64,000 bases of DNA. It comes from Nitrosopumilus sp. (lineage in GTDB: Archaea > Thermoproteota > Nitrososphaeria > Nitrososphaerales > Nitrosopumilaceae). Shown here in pieces: positions 42,883 to 51,981 of the stretch. The number at the start of each line of letters is the position of its first letter. Within the stretch, counting starts at the first letter, position 1. The notes beneath the pieces were generated by a model. The model saw only the letters and a list, made by a program, of their open reading frames with translations. It did no database searches and was not told the DNA's origin. Location: positions 192,001 to 256,000 of the forward strand of contig OZ241857.1 in assembly GCA_965203315.1 (NCBI GenBank). The letters are read 5' to 3'. The translations under genes and the position numbers were made by a program.

Positions 42883-44221
42883 ATATGTGAAGAAGCCGAT
42901 CAGAGTACATTCAGATGATAGAAGGCATGTGAGTCGATCCAAGCGATCACCTGTAAAGCGATCTAAAAGAGAAAATGCAAACGAACAGATTACCCATCTA
43001 AAAAAGAAAAACAAGATGATCTATATCGGAATAGATGCACACAAGAGGTTTCTGCAAATTGCAGCAATGGATCAGGATGGCAAGCGTATACTCAATGAGC
43101 GTGTTGCTACAGATCATGACAGTCTCAAAAAATTCTTTGCACAATTTACACCACTCAATACACGTTGTGTGATGGAGTCATCATCAGTATGGTATTGGTT
43201 GTATAGATACTTGACAGATGAATTGGGATTTGATGTAGTACTATCGAATCCATATCAAACAAAGGCTATTGCCGAATCAAAGAAAAAGACAGACAAGGTG
43301 GATGCATGGACACTGGCAGATCTTTTAAGAGGAAATTATATCTCGCCTTGTTTTGTTCCTAGTGAATACACTGTTAAATTAAAACAGTTGGTTCGACATA
43401 GGGATGTAATTGTAAAGAGTAGAACAAAATACAAGAATCTCATACATGGGATATTACTGCAATATGGGATTAAAATACCTGGTTCAAGTTTTAGCAAGTC
43501 ATTTAGAGAGGAATTGAAGAAACTTGAGGATTATAGAATAGACAACTATCTAGATATGATAACTTGCCATGAAGAAATGATTAGACAGTTGGATATTAAA
43601 ATGCGTGAGGAAGTAAAGAAATCACAAGATGCGCAGCTGTTAAAGACAATTCCCGGAGTTGGAAATTTTGTTGCACTTGTTGTAATATCTAGTATTGGAG
43701 ATGTCAAGAGATTTCCAACTGTTCGTAAGATATGTTCGTATGCAGGAATAGTACCATCTGTTCGTAATTCAGCTGGTAAACAAAATCATGGACATATAAC
43801 GAGGAAAGGTGATAAAATGCTTAGATGGGCATTGACCGAAGCAGTTCATGTACACATAAAATGTGAGCCCCATAGTTACATTACAAAATTTCATAACAGA
43901 ATTAAAAAGAGACGCGCGGTAAGCAAAGCAACTGTTGCAACTGCCTCCAAACTACTACGATTGATGTACCATATGCTTATAGATAGGGATGATTATGTCA
44001 CACATTGTAGTCGAAATCATTAACGTACGGAAGATATTTGAGATATCACTCGGCGACCTAAATGTACAGATTTTGACGAATGGACGAAGAATGATAGTGA
44101 GTTAACCACTCGAATGGATATATGTTCGCAGTCCTTTACATGGGAACACATCCCTAGCGTATGCTATGCACAATAGTCGTGAATCAGAGTAAATCTTTAT
44201 AAGCTATTCACATGGATAATA
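42883..44221 (+). mobile_element. IS110/IS1111-type element, copy 2
   Basis: Sub-terminal IR ATGTGAA; about 200-bp 3' non-coding region. Confidence 0.92.
42887..44023 (+). CDS. IS110-family DEDD recombinase
   Basis: Nearly identical to the 40065-41201 product. Confidence 0.93.
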   Translation: MKKPIRVHSDDRRHVSRSKRSPVKRSKRENANEQITHLKKKNKMIYIGIDAHKRFLQIAAMDQDGKRILNERVATDHDSLKKFFAQFTPLNTRCVMESSSVWYWLYRYLTDELGFDVVLSNPYQTKAIAESKKKTDKVDAWTLADLLRGNYISPCFVPSEYTVKLKQLVRHRDVIVKSRTKYKNLIHGILLQYGIKIPGSSFSKSFREELKKLEDYRIDNYLDMITCHEEMIRQLDIKMREEVKKSQDAQLLKTIPGVGNFVALVVISSIGDVKRFPTVRKICSYAGIVPSVRNSAGKQNHGHITRKGDKMLRWALTEAVHVHIKCEPHSYITKFHNRIKKRRAVSKATVATASKLLRLMYHMLIDRDDYVTHCSRNH

Positions 44222-44509
44222 TCATACAAAAAGTGATACTGCTGCTCGATGGTCCCAAGACGCATAAAGGAGAAGAGGTCGAAGAGTTCATCAAGGGCAA
44301 GGATATCAAACTCGTCTATCTGCCAAGAGCAATACCCGAGTTCAATCCAATCGAAGAGTATTGGCATCAACTCAAACGAGAGATCAAAGTTGGAGTATAC
44401 TATGAGACAGTTGAAGAGATGGAAGCTGCTGTGCGTGACTATCTAAAAAAGACACGACATACGCTCGATCTTTTGGCATTCATAAAAAGAGAGATCGTTG
44501 CATAATGCG

Positions 44510-44752
44510 TCAAACTCGTGTTAGCGGCTTTCTTCCTCTACCGGGTTTGTCTTCTAGTCCCGCAATTCCTTCTCGCTTGTATCGTCTTAGCCAATTATAC
44601 ACGGTACGTTCCGTCATGCCAACATGCCTTGCCGTACGTGATATTGTGTTTTTATCAATTAGAACCATCTTTACACCAAAGATTCTAGTTCGTATGTGCG
44701 CGTACTTTTTATTTTTAAGAGCTAGAAGAAGATTTTTGTGTTTTGTACTCAA
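44510..44752 (-). CDS. HTH-only paralog of the IS630 transposase N-terminus
   Basis: TERTVYNWL..GLEDKPGRGRKP parallels TERTVYNWL..GLEDKGGRGRKP. Confidence 0.65.
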   Translation of the reverse strand: MSTKHKNLLLALKNKKYAHIRTRIFGVKMVLIDKNTISRTARHVGMTERTVYNWLRRYKREGIAGLEDKPGRGRKPLTRV

Positions 44753-45395
44753 GATATCACTAAAAATTATATCAATGCGTGAATTTTAGTGTTTTAATGG
44801 ACATAACAGTGAAATTAATTCGTCATGTCACTATAGATATGACCAGTAATTGATGACCTGGATGATATATGGCATTGTACAACATTGCGTAAATGTTTCA
44901 ACTTGTATGCCCTTGCGATATATTCATAATCTATATGCGTCACTGATACTGTACAATAGTTTATGATGAGTTAGGCATGACCGAACCAGAATGCAGGTAT
45001 CTGTCTATTCAAGTTATTAGTAGATTGGTGAATTGGTGGTAAAGTTTGATACCCTGTGTTGTTCACTATTTTGAGTCGATTATGCAGCTGAAGAGTGACT
45101 TGAAAAGTGTTGTGTGATATCAACCCCACACAATCTAGTCGACATACATCTAGTTGGTAATGTTGGTGGACATCGACTGACGTTGCTCAAAAGACAACTA
45201 GACTGTGTATAAAAAACACCATACAGCTGATCTACAAACAGATTGTATCCATCATCTCTAGTATGGAATCACGTTGTTCAAATATTCATGTGTGTTGATC
45301 TGTTGCAGATCAAGTATATCTGTATGGTCACACTGTCAATCTGCTCGATCTTTATCGAGTCAACGATTTCAAGAATGTTCGAGATGATGGACTAT

Positions 45396-45956
45396 TTACA
45401 TCATCTCTAACTTGTATCGTATTTGGTTGATCATTCTTGCTGATGCACCCCAGATCTTCTTTTCATTATAGATAAAGTCACTATACATAATAGATCTGTC
45501 TATATTCGCGCTGTTGTTTGTGGCGTTCCGCAGTAGGCCATCTAGCGAGATATGAAATATCTGCTCTACTTCACTATTTGCGCGCAGTGAATGAACATCA
45601 TCAATTACTGACACAAAAGGCAATATAACAAATCCAGAGTTGTTTGTTATGACTGGTTTCAACTGGCCGACTACTTGATCTACCTCTAGCGTTACACCTA
45701 TCTCTTCACTAGTCTCCCGTAATGCAGTGTGTAATAGATCGGGATCGTCTTTTTCCATCTTTCCGCCGGGAAAAGATATCTCACCAGCATGATGTTTCAA
45801 ATTTCTGGACTTTTCAGTCATTATTATGGTTGGTTCTTGATCATATATTACGATCATTACAGCTGCGTGTTGATATTCATTACACCTGAGTGTGGACTCG
45901 ATCGGTGTAGTTAGCGCAGATCTTATACTAGCAAGTTGCATATATATCAAGTGCAA
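45396..45956 (-). CDS. NUDIX hydrolase (CoA pyrophosphatase type)
   Basis: HAGEISFPGG..TALRETSEEIG and IWGASA motifs. Confidence 0.9.
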   Translation of the reverse strand: MHLIYMQLASIRSALTTPIESTLRCNEYQHAAVMIVIYDQEPTIIMTEKSRNLKHHAGEISFPGGKMEKDDPDLLHTALRETSEEIGVTLEVDQVVGQLKPVITNNSGFVILPFVSVIDDVHSLRANSEVEQIFHISLDGLLRNATNNSANIDRSIMYSDFIYNEKKIWGASARMINQIRYKLEMM

Positions 45957-46056
45957 TGTCTATTATTCAAAGTTTTTATTTGCAAGACTAATAGATGAAT
46001 CACTCATCTCAAGTCGGAGACGCGAGATCAGTCTTACTCATGTACAAAGTAGGTTA

Positions 46057-46262
46057 GGCAATTAGCTACCTGGTCACTAACATGTACTGAACCAACAAAT
46101 CAAACAGATCGTAATCTTGGTTATTGCGTCACCACTCCCTCTCTTTGAGATACAGTAAAAATTTCTTTTGACTGGCCCACGATACTTTACCATGTTTACT
46201 TTCGCAAAGCCCCAAAAACCTTTCCATTCCATTGATGTGCATCTCACATCTGGCAAAGATTC
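46057..46262 (-). pseudogene. IS1595 transposase 3' remnant
   Basis: Reverse complement resembles about 35480-35665. Confidence 0.75.
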
Positions 46263-46440
46263 GGTTCTTTTAACTTAACAGGAGGTTGATAGTTTTCACG
46301 CAACATTCTCTAAAAATTTTACAAGTTGTGAAAAAATGGTTAGATCGCCTATTGTAGATTATTGCTGTTTTGAGTTGCAGACAGTACGTTTCTTGAAATA
46401 CCTGCATCTTAATCTTAACCCCTAGATAAGTTAAAAAACC
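46263..46440. mobile_element. MITE family B2
   Basis: Similar to 7980-8166. Confidence 0.85.
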
Positions 46441-46442
46441 CG

Positions 46443-46895
46443 AACAAGGACGATGATAGTATCATGATGATCAATCAAACAGGTGTAACAGAGGTTGCAG
46501 ATTATAGACTTGATGATCCACGCGGTGTACAGATAGGACCAGTATACAGATCAGTATCAGGTTCTTCTGGACAAGACATACCAGATAATGATCAACCCGA
46601 GTTTGACGTATTATTGCAAAACGGTACACGTGCTAGTACGCCGCTGTTTATGACATCAAACAGCTCTATCACATTATACGTGAACGCAACTGACCCACAG
46701 GACGATCCAATCACGATTGATATCATACCTGAACTCATACCTGAATCTAGTTTATTATTCATAGATAACAAGAACGGCACAGCTAGTGTAACTGTAGATA
46801 CCACAGGTATGGATACTGGTAACTATCTGTTCTGGATCAAAGTATCTGATGATACAGAGTTTGATCAGGTGCCATTTTTGGTGAGTGTACAATGA
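46443..46895 (+). pseudogene. 3' fragment of a second subtilase copy
   Basis: Near-identical to about 30989-31441. Confidence 0.9.
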
Positions 46896-48160
46896 ACAGA
46901 CTTGCAATAGTATCTATCATAATCGGCATATCATCTCTTGTTACCATACTAGCTGTTACAAATATTACAGTCTCTGATACACAGATACAATCTATAGACA
47001 GATCAGACTACGTGCCCAAAGATATTGTAGCTGCAAACAATGACTTTGCCATAAACTTTTACAAAGCCATCTACAACGATACTGATCACGAGGACAAGAA
47101 CATCTTTTTCTCACCAACTAGCATGGCTACTGCATTTTCGATGTTGTATGAAGGAGCTCGCCAAAACACGGCAATACAGATGGAAGATGTCTTTGGATTT
47201 GATCCCAATACTCAGAGTCGACATGACACTATCACAGAATTAATGACATCGCTGAACCCTCAAGATCAAAATGTAACACTAACTCTGGCAAATGCCTTGT
47301 GGGTTGCAAAACAGTACGAACTGTACGAATCATATACAGATACAATACGTAATGTATATCTAGCAGATGTCGAAAACGTAGACTTTACAGATACTACAGA
47401 TGGTGTTGTAAAGATCAACAAGTGGGCAGACGACAAAACAAATGGAAAGATCAAAAAGATAATGACTCCAGGCAGCGTCAACGAGTCAACAGTTGCTGTA
47501 CTAACTAACGCAATCTATTTTAAAGGAAACTGGTTGACACAGTTCTCTGAAAGTGGCACAACAAAGGAGACCTTTTGGACAGGCACAAGTAACGTTGAAG
47601 CAGACTTTATGAATCTCTTTTCAAATAAATTCAACTATGCAGCAACAGATGGCATCCAAATACTTCGACTTGCATATGAGGGGGAATTATTATCGATGTT
47701 GATTATACTGCCTGATGATCCTGAGAGCATATCTGCGCTTGAAGAGTCTCTCTCTTCCGATATGATCACCAAGTGGCGAGATAAATTGAAAAACGTAAAA
47801 GTTGATATCTCGATACCAAAGTTTGAGACAAGTACAAAATATGAATTGAACAAACCACTCAAAGAGATGGGAATGTCTGATGTATTTGACCGAAGTGAAT
47901 CTGATTTGCGTGGCATGGCAGATGTTGGTGGATTACCAGGTAACATCTACGTTCAAAAAGCGATTCAAAATGCATATGTCAAAGTAAATGAAGAAGGGAC
48001 AGAAGCCACAGCGGTTACCGCCATAACAGTAACTACTGCGTCTGCTCCCCCTCCCACACCATACTTTAACGCTAATCATCCGTTTCTCTTTCTGATACAA
48101 GATGATCAGAGTGGTGCAATACTATTCATGGGCAAGATAGTCGATCCAACTTTGGACTGA
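46892..48160 (+). CDS. Serpin with canonical inhibitory hinge
   Basis: NAIYFKGNW, VNEEGTEATAVT and FNANHPF motifs. Confidence 0.95.
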   Translation: MNRLAIVSIIIGISSLVTILAVTNITVSDTQIQSIDRSDYVPKDIVAANNDFAINFYKAIYNDTDHEDKNIFFSPTSMATAFSMLYEGARQNTAIQMEDVFGFDPNTQSRHDTITELMTSLNPQDQNVTLTLANALWVAKQYELYESYTDTIRNVYLADVENVDFTDTTDGVVKINKWADDKTNGKIKKIMTPGSVNESTVAVLTNAIYFKGNWLTQFSESGTTKETFWTGTSNVEADFMNLFSNKFNYAATDGIQILRLAYEGELLSMLIILPDDPESISALEESLSSDMITKWRDKLKNVKVDISIPKFETSTKYELNKPLKEMGMSDVFDRSESDLRGMADVGGLPGNIYVQKAIQNAYVKVNEEGTEATAVTAITVTTASAPPPTPYFNANHPFLFLIQDDQSGAILFMGKIVDPTLD

Positions 48161-48252
48161 TCTAACAACCAATAGTTTGTATTGTGTGACAGAGATCGTT
48201 TGAATCCGGCAAGTCACGAATATGTTGTATGAGCGCAACGGGATTCGATTCC

Positions 48253-48424
48253 GGTTCTGTTAACGTGACTGGAGTTAGCATCTTCACAAAATTCTCGAAA
48301 CTTTGCAAAATATGGAAACGGCATTACATCGGCTATTGTAAATTACTGCTGTTTTGAGTCAGATATTGTGCGTTCTTTGAGATAACGTCATCACGATCTC
48401 AGCCCCAGTCAATTGAACAGAACC
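48253..48424. mobile_element. MITE family B
   Basis: Similar to 1011-1188 and 12027-12203. Confidence 0.85.
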
Positions 48425-48428
48425 GAAA

Positions 48429-50945
48429 TCAGATAACAAAGTACTTTGCATCCTTGTGATGTACGACAATTGCTGCTGTTGACTGTTCTGGTATTATCTG
48501 GCCTGCTGTTGTAAGTGTCATACCTGACTCTTCTGGACGTAATATCTTCCAAACTAGATTATGCTGCGATATATCTGGACAGCTAGGATATCCCCAACTG
48601 TACCGTAATCCACACTCACTCAGGCCTAGATCTGATCGAATTCTGCGATTTATCCACTCTGCTAGTGCTTCAGCTGTTGCGACTGCCAAACCGTGCAGAT
48701 AGTATGCGTCTGTGTATCTGTCCTTGTTGTTCCATTCTTCGATGATATCTGCAACCTTGTTACCTACAGTCACTGCTTGAAACGCTACGATATCATCTTT
48801 AGCAAAATAATCTGCAAGACAGAGATGTTCTGGTTTGGTCGAGCGTGGAAAATCTAGTGTAATATCGCCGTCAGCATAATCTACTATTAGTTTGGTGTCT
48901 TTACTATGGCATCTAAAGTATCCATATACTGCCTTTGATTCAAACAAATCCTCGTTTACAACTTTGGTCTTCCATTCATTAAATAGAGCATCTATGTCTT
49001 GTTCTTGTACTGCACTGGCTCTACCACGAATACCCCAAGACATCGTTACTAGTGTCTTTTTATCTATCATCTCAAATACCTGATCGATATCTATCTCATC
49101 TGTATCTAGGCGTATAGATCTATTGATCATATCTCTATCCACTAGACTTGATACGATATCTGTTGTTAGAGGTGCAGGCACTATCTTACTCTTTGGAATA
49201 CTCGTTTGATCTATTGTCTTGTTAGATCGCTCTTTCCACTCTGCTAGTTTGTCTCTCCACTCTTTCAGAAATATATCTCGTTGATCAGACATTATCATAT
49301 CCATAGTCTTTAGACCTTCAAACATAGTATTACAGTAAAAGACACCGTCTTTGTAGATGTGATCCTCTTTTGCAATTCGATTGATATAGTTGCTATTGAT
49401 TGCGGCCCCTCCACAAAGTATTGGAATATGCATGTTGTGTTTTCTTGCATGATCTACAAACAACTGCATCTGTTTTGATGTGGATACTAGTAGAGCAGAG
49501 AGACCAACTGCATCGGGCTGTACGCTCTCTATCTCTTCCATAAATCTCTGTAGTGGTACCTGCTTGCCTAGATCATATACGTCATAACCATTATTCTGAA
49601 ATATTGTCTTTACCAGATTCTTGCCAATGTCATGTACGTCTCCGTATACAGTTCCAAGTACTAGCTTGCCTTTACTAGTTCCCTTCTCTTTGAGCAGATA
49701 CTTTTCTAGCTCACTTACAGCTACCTTCATACATTCGGCAGACTTTAAGACAAACGGAAGGATGAGTTGGCCTGATCCAAACTTGTCACCCACCTCTTTC
49801 ATTGCAGGTAGTAGAGAATTGTTGAGCGTCTTTATCGCACCTGTATGTGTGGTACTTGGTTCTGCAGCCAAATAGAGTTGACCGTCACGATCACGTACTA
49901 GAGATTCATCTCCTAGACTCTCTGCAATGGCACACACGACATCATTCTGTATACCATCTTTGAGTCTATTTACAACTCTAAAGTTTACTCGTCTGTTTGC
50001 AGGCCATGTAGGATCTACATCGATCTTGTTCTCTTTTGCAGACGTCTCTCCTATATTCTCATAATATACTACGAGCTCTGGTAGTGCATTGCGTCTAGTA
50101 TTGAATATTAGAGCATCGGCAAGTTCACGTTCCTTTACTGATATGTCATTGTATGGTATGATCTCTTTTGCATTAACGATGGCAGTGTCGAGACCAGCTT
50201 GAACTGCATGATGTAAAAAGACAGAGTTTAAGATCTTGCGTGCTTGCGGAATCAAACCAAAACTGATATTACTTAATCCCAGAGTTGTAAATGACTCTGG
50301 AAATCTAGCCTTTACTAGGCGTATTCCTTCTAACGTATCTTTACCTGCTGTTAGAAACTCTTCTTCACCGGTAGCCAATGTAAAAGTCAAGACATCAAAG
50401 ATAAACTGTTCTGGTTTTAGTCCATACTCTTGTCCTGTATTGTACAAGAGCTCTGCAGTCTCTAACTTTTGTTGCGGAGTCTTTGCCATCCCTTTTGGTC
50501 CTATGCATAGTGCTATGGCCGGTAGACCATACTTGGCCATTATGGGAGCCAATAGTCTAAATCGCTGTCCATCTCCTTCCAAATTGATCGAGTTTATTAT
50601 GGGTCGACCAGGAATCTGTCTGACCGCTGCTATGATGACGTCTGGATCTGTAGAGTCTATGACTAGTGGCGCTGTAATCTCTATACTCAACTGTTTTACC
50701 AATCTCTTCATAAATTCTAGTTCATCAGAACGCTCAGTGGTTGCAACACAGATATCTAGACAATGTGCACCATCTTTCACCTGTTCTCTCGCAAGATCAA
50801 CTAGACCCTCGTAATCATCATCGAGTACCATCCTCTTTGCCTTTTTAGATCCTTGGGTGTTTACACGTTCACCGATTATCAGTGGTGGCGGGATCTGTCG
50901 CAGATCTACTGCTTTTAGTGCTGAACTAACTCGCGGTGTTGCCAA
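48429..50945 (-). CDS. metH: B12-dependent methionine synthase, pterin/B12/reactivation part
   Basis: IGERVN pterin domain, GDVHDIGKN B12 motif and RYSWGYPSCP; no homocysteine-binding domain. Confidence 0.9.
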   Translation of the reverse strand: MATPRVSSALKAVDLRQIPPPLIIGERVNTQGSKKAKRMVLDDDYEGLVDLAREQVKDGAHCLDICVATTERSDELEFMKRLVKQLSIEITAPLVIDSTDPDVIIAAVRQIPGRPIINSINLEGDGQRFRLLAPIMAKYGLPAIALCIGPKGMAKTPQQKLETAELLYNTGQEYGLKPEQFIFDVLTFTLATGEEEFLTAGKDTLEGIRLVKARFPESFTTLGLSNISFGLIPQARKILNSVFLHHAVQAGLDTAIVNAKEIIPYNDISVKERELADALIFNTRRNALPELVVYYENIGETSAKENKIDVDPTWPANRRVNFRVVNRLKDGIQNDVVCAIAESLGDESLVRDRDGQLYLAAEPSTTHTGAIKTLNNSLLPAMKEVGDKFGSGQLILPFVLKSAECMKVAVSELEKYLLKEKGTSKGKLVLGTVYGDVHDIGKNLVKTIFQNNGYDVYDLGKQVPLQRFMEEIESVQPDAVGLSALLVSTSKQMQLFVDHARKHNMHIPILCGGAAINSNYINRIAKEDHIYKDGVFYCNTMFEGLKTMDMIMSDQRDIFLKEWRDKLAEWKERSNKTIDQTSIPKSKIVPAPLTTDIVSSLVDRDMINRSIRLDTDEIDIDQVFEMIDKKTLVTMSWGIRGRASAVQEQDIDALFNEWKTKVVNEDLFESKAVYGYFRCHSKDTKLIVDYADGDITLDFPRSTKPEHLCLADYFAKDDIVAFQAVTVGNKVADIIEEWNNKDRYTDAYYLHGLAVATAEALAEWINRRIRSDLGLSECGLRYSWGYPSCPDISQHNLVWKILRPEESGMTLTTAGQIIPEQSTAAIVVHHKDAKYFVI

Positions 50946-51022
50946 TATGTAAGATGGCTTGGGTTTTTCTAAATACTTAACTTTTGTATTGGATTTGGGG
51001 TAAGGTATTGGGTTTCACGCAT

Positions 51023-51137
51023 GGTTCTCTTCGGTTTATCTGAGATAGAATTTTTACAGAAAAAGTACTACGTGACTCGAGAAAATTTAGCGAGAACAGT
51101 CTTGTAAAATACCATCACACGTAAATCGAAGAGATCC
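51023..51137. mobile_element. MITE family E (about 115 bp)
   Basis: Imperfect TIR GGTTCTCTTCGGTTTA/TAAATCGAAGAGATCC; relatives at 61689, 62892 and 63068. Confidence 0.65.
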
Positions 51138-51237
51138 TAAATTAATATAATCGTACATATTAGTATCTATTGACACTGAGTTACTCTAAAGCAATTTCGT
51201 AGAAGGTGTTCTAGACCCTTCTACACCCTTTTGTATC

Positions 51238-51426
51238 ATGCATGTAACACATGATGAAATTGGTGCAGATAAAGAAATTGAGCCAGCCCGACTTATCCTT
51301 CATGGTGGTAAATTCATACCAAAAACATTTTTTCATGTTGACAAACCATTCATATTCTTTGTACAAGATAATGACACTGGGCTGATACTATTCATGGGCA
51401 AGATAGTCGATCCAACTTTGGGCTGA
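51238..51426 (+). pseudogene. Serpin C-terminal fragment
   Basis: FHVDKPFIFFVQD..LILFMGKIVDPTLG. Confidence 0.85.
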
Positions 51427-51862
51427 TCTAGCAATTAGTCATTTGTATTGTATGATGCCGATCGAATATCGTTTAAGTCACGAATGTGTTGTATGGATAC
51501 GATAGAGTTTGAACTCATGGTTTGCCCGTGTATTCATTGATGAGGAATCTGCTATGCCGATCTTCAACATGTGTTCGAACTTCTATTATCTTAATAGTAT
51601 TATTGGTGGTGAGTTAAGCCTATGCATAGCTCAAAAAAGTTGGTTTCGCCTAGGAACCATCTCTTATTTTGATAATTCAAAAGGTCTTTTCAATATGAAG
51701 ATGAATCTATCATACAGATACAAAAGATTGATCGTAGACACAAGTCTGTCAACATTAGTAAAATACATAATCCCCTAATCTGACGATACATGCAATGAGT
51801 ATCTGCATAGAGTTAGAACAATATGTGAAAGAAACTAGTTGCCTACAGATGACGCGATTCGC

Positions 51863-51981
51863 TATCCATTATCCATTATCCATTATCCATTATCCATTAT
51901 CCATTATCCATTATCCATTATCCATTATCCATTATCCATTATCCATTATCCATTATCCATTATCCATTATCCATTATCCAT
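51863..51981. repeat. (TATCCAT)17 simple sequence repeat
   Basis: Perfect heptamer array abutting TTATATAA. Confidence 0.95.

Larger units (their letters stand above)
39861..44227 (+). mobile_element. IS66-like element with both TIRs interrupted by IS110 copies
   Basis: Ends GTAAGA.. / ..TCATAC; 8-bp TSD AAAAAGTG. Confidence 0.88.
39005..44833 (+). mobile_element. IS630-family element interrupted by an IS66/IS110 composite
   Basis: TIR TAGTGACA.GA..AATTAATTTCA, TA duplication in CTAG. Transposase 39084-39860 plus 44236-44505 rejoins in frame (MDET, LLDG, NPIEEYW). Confidence 0.9.

Noticed and set aside
46443-46895. Duplicated subtilase tail as a DGR template/variable repeat
   Set aside because: Differences are few, not adenine-specific, and no reverse transcriptase is present.
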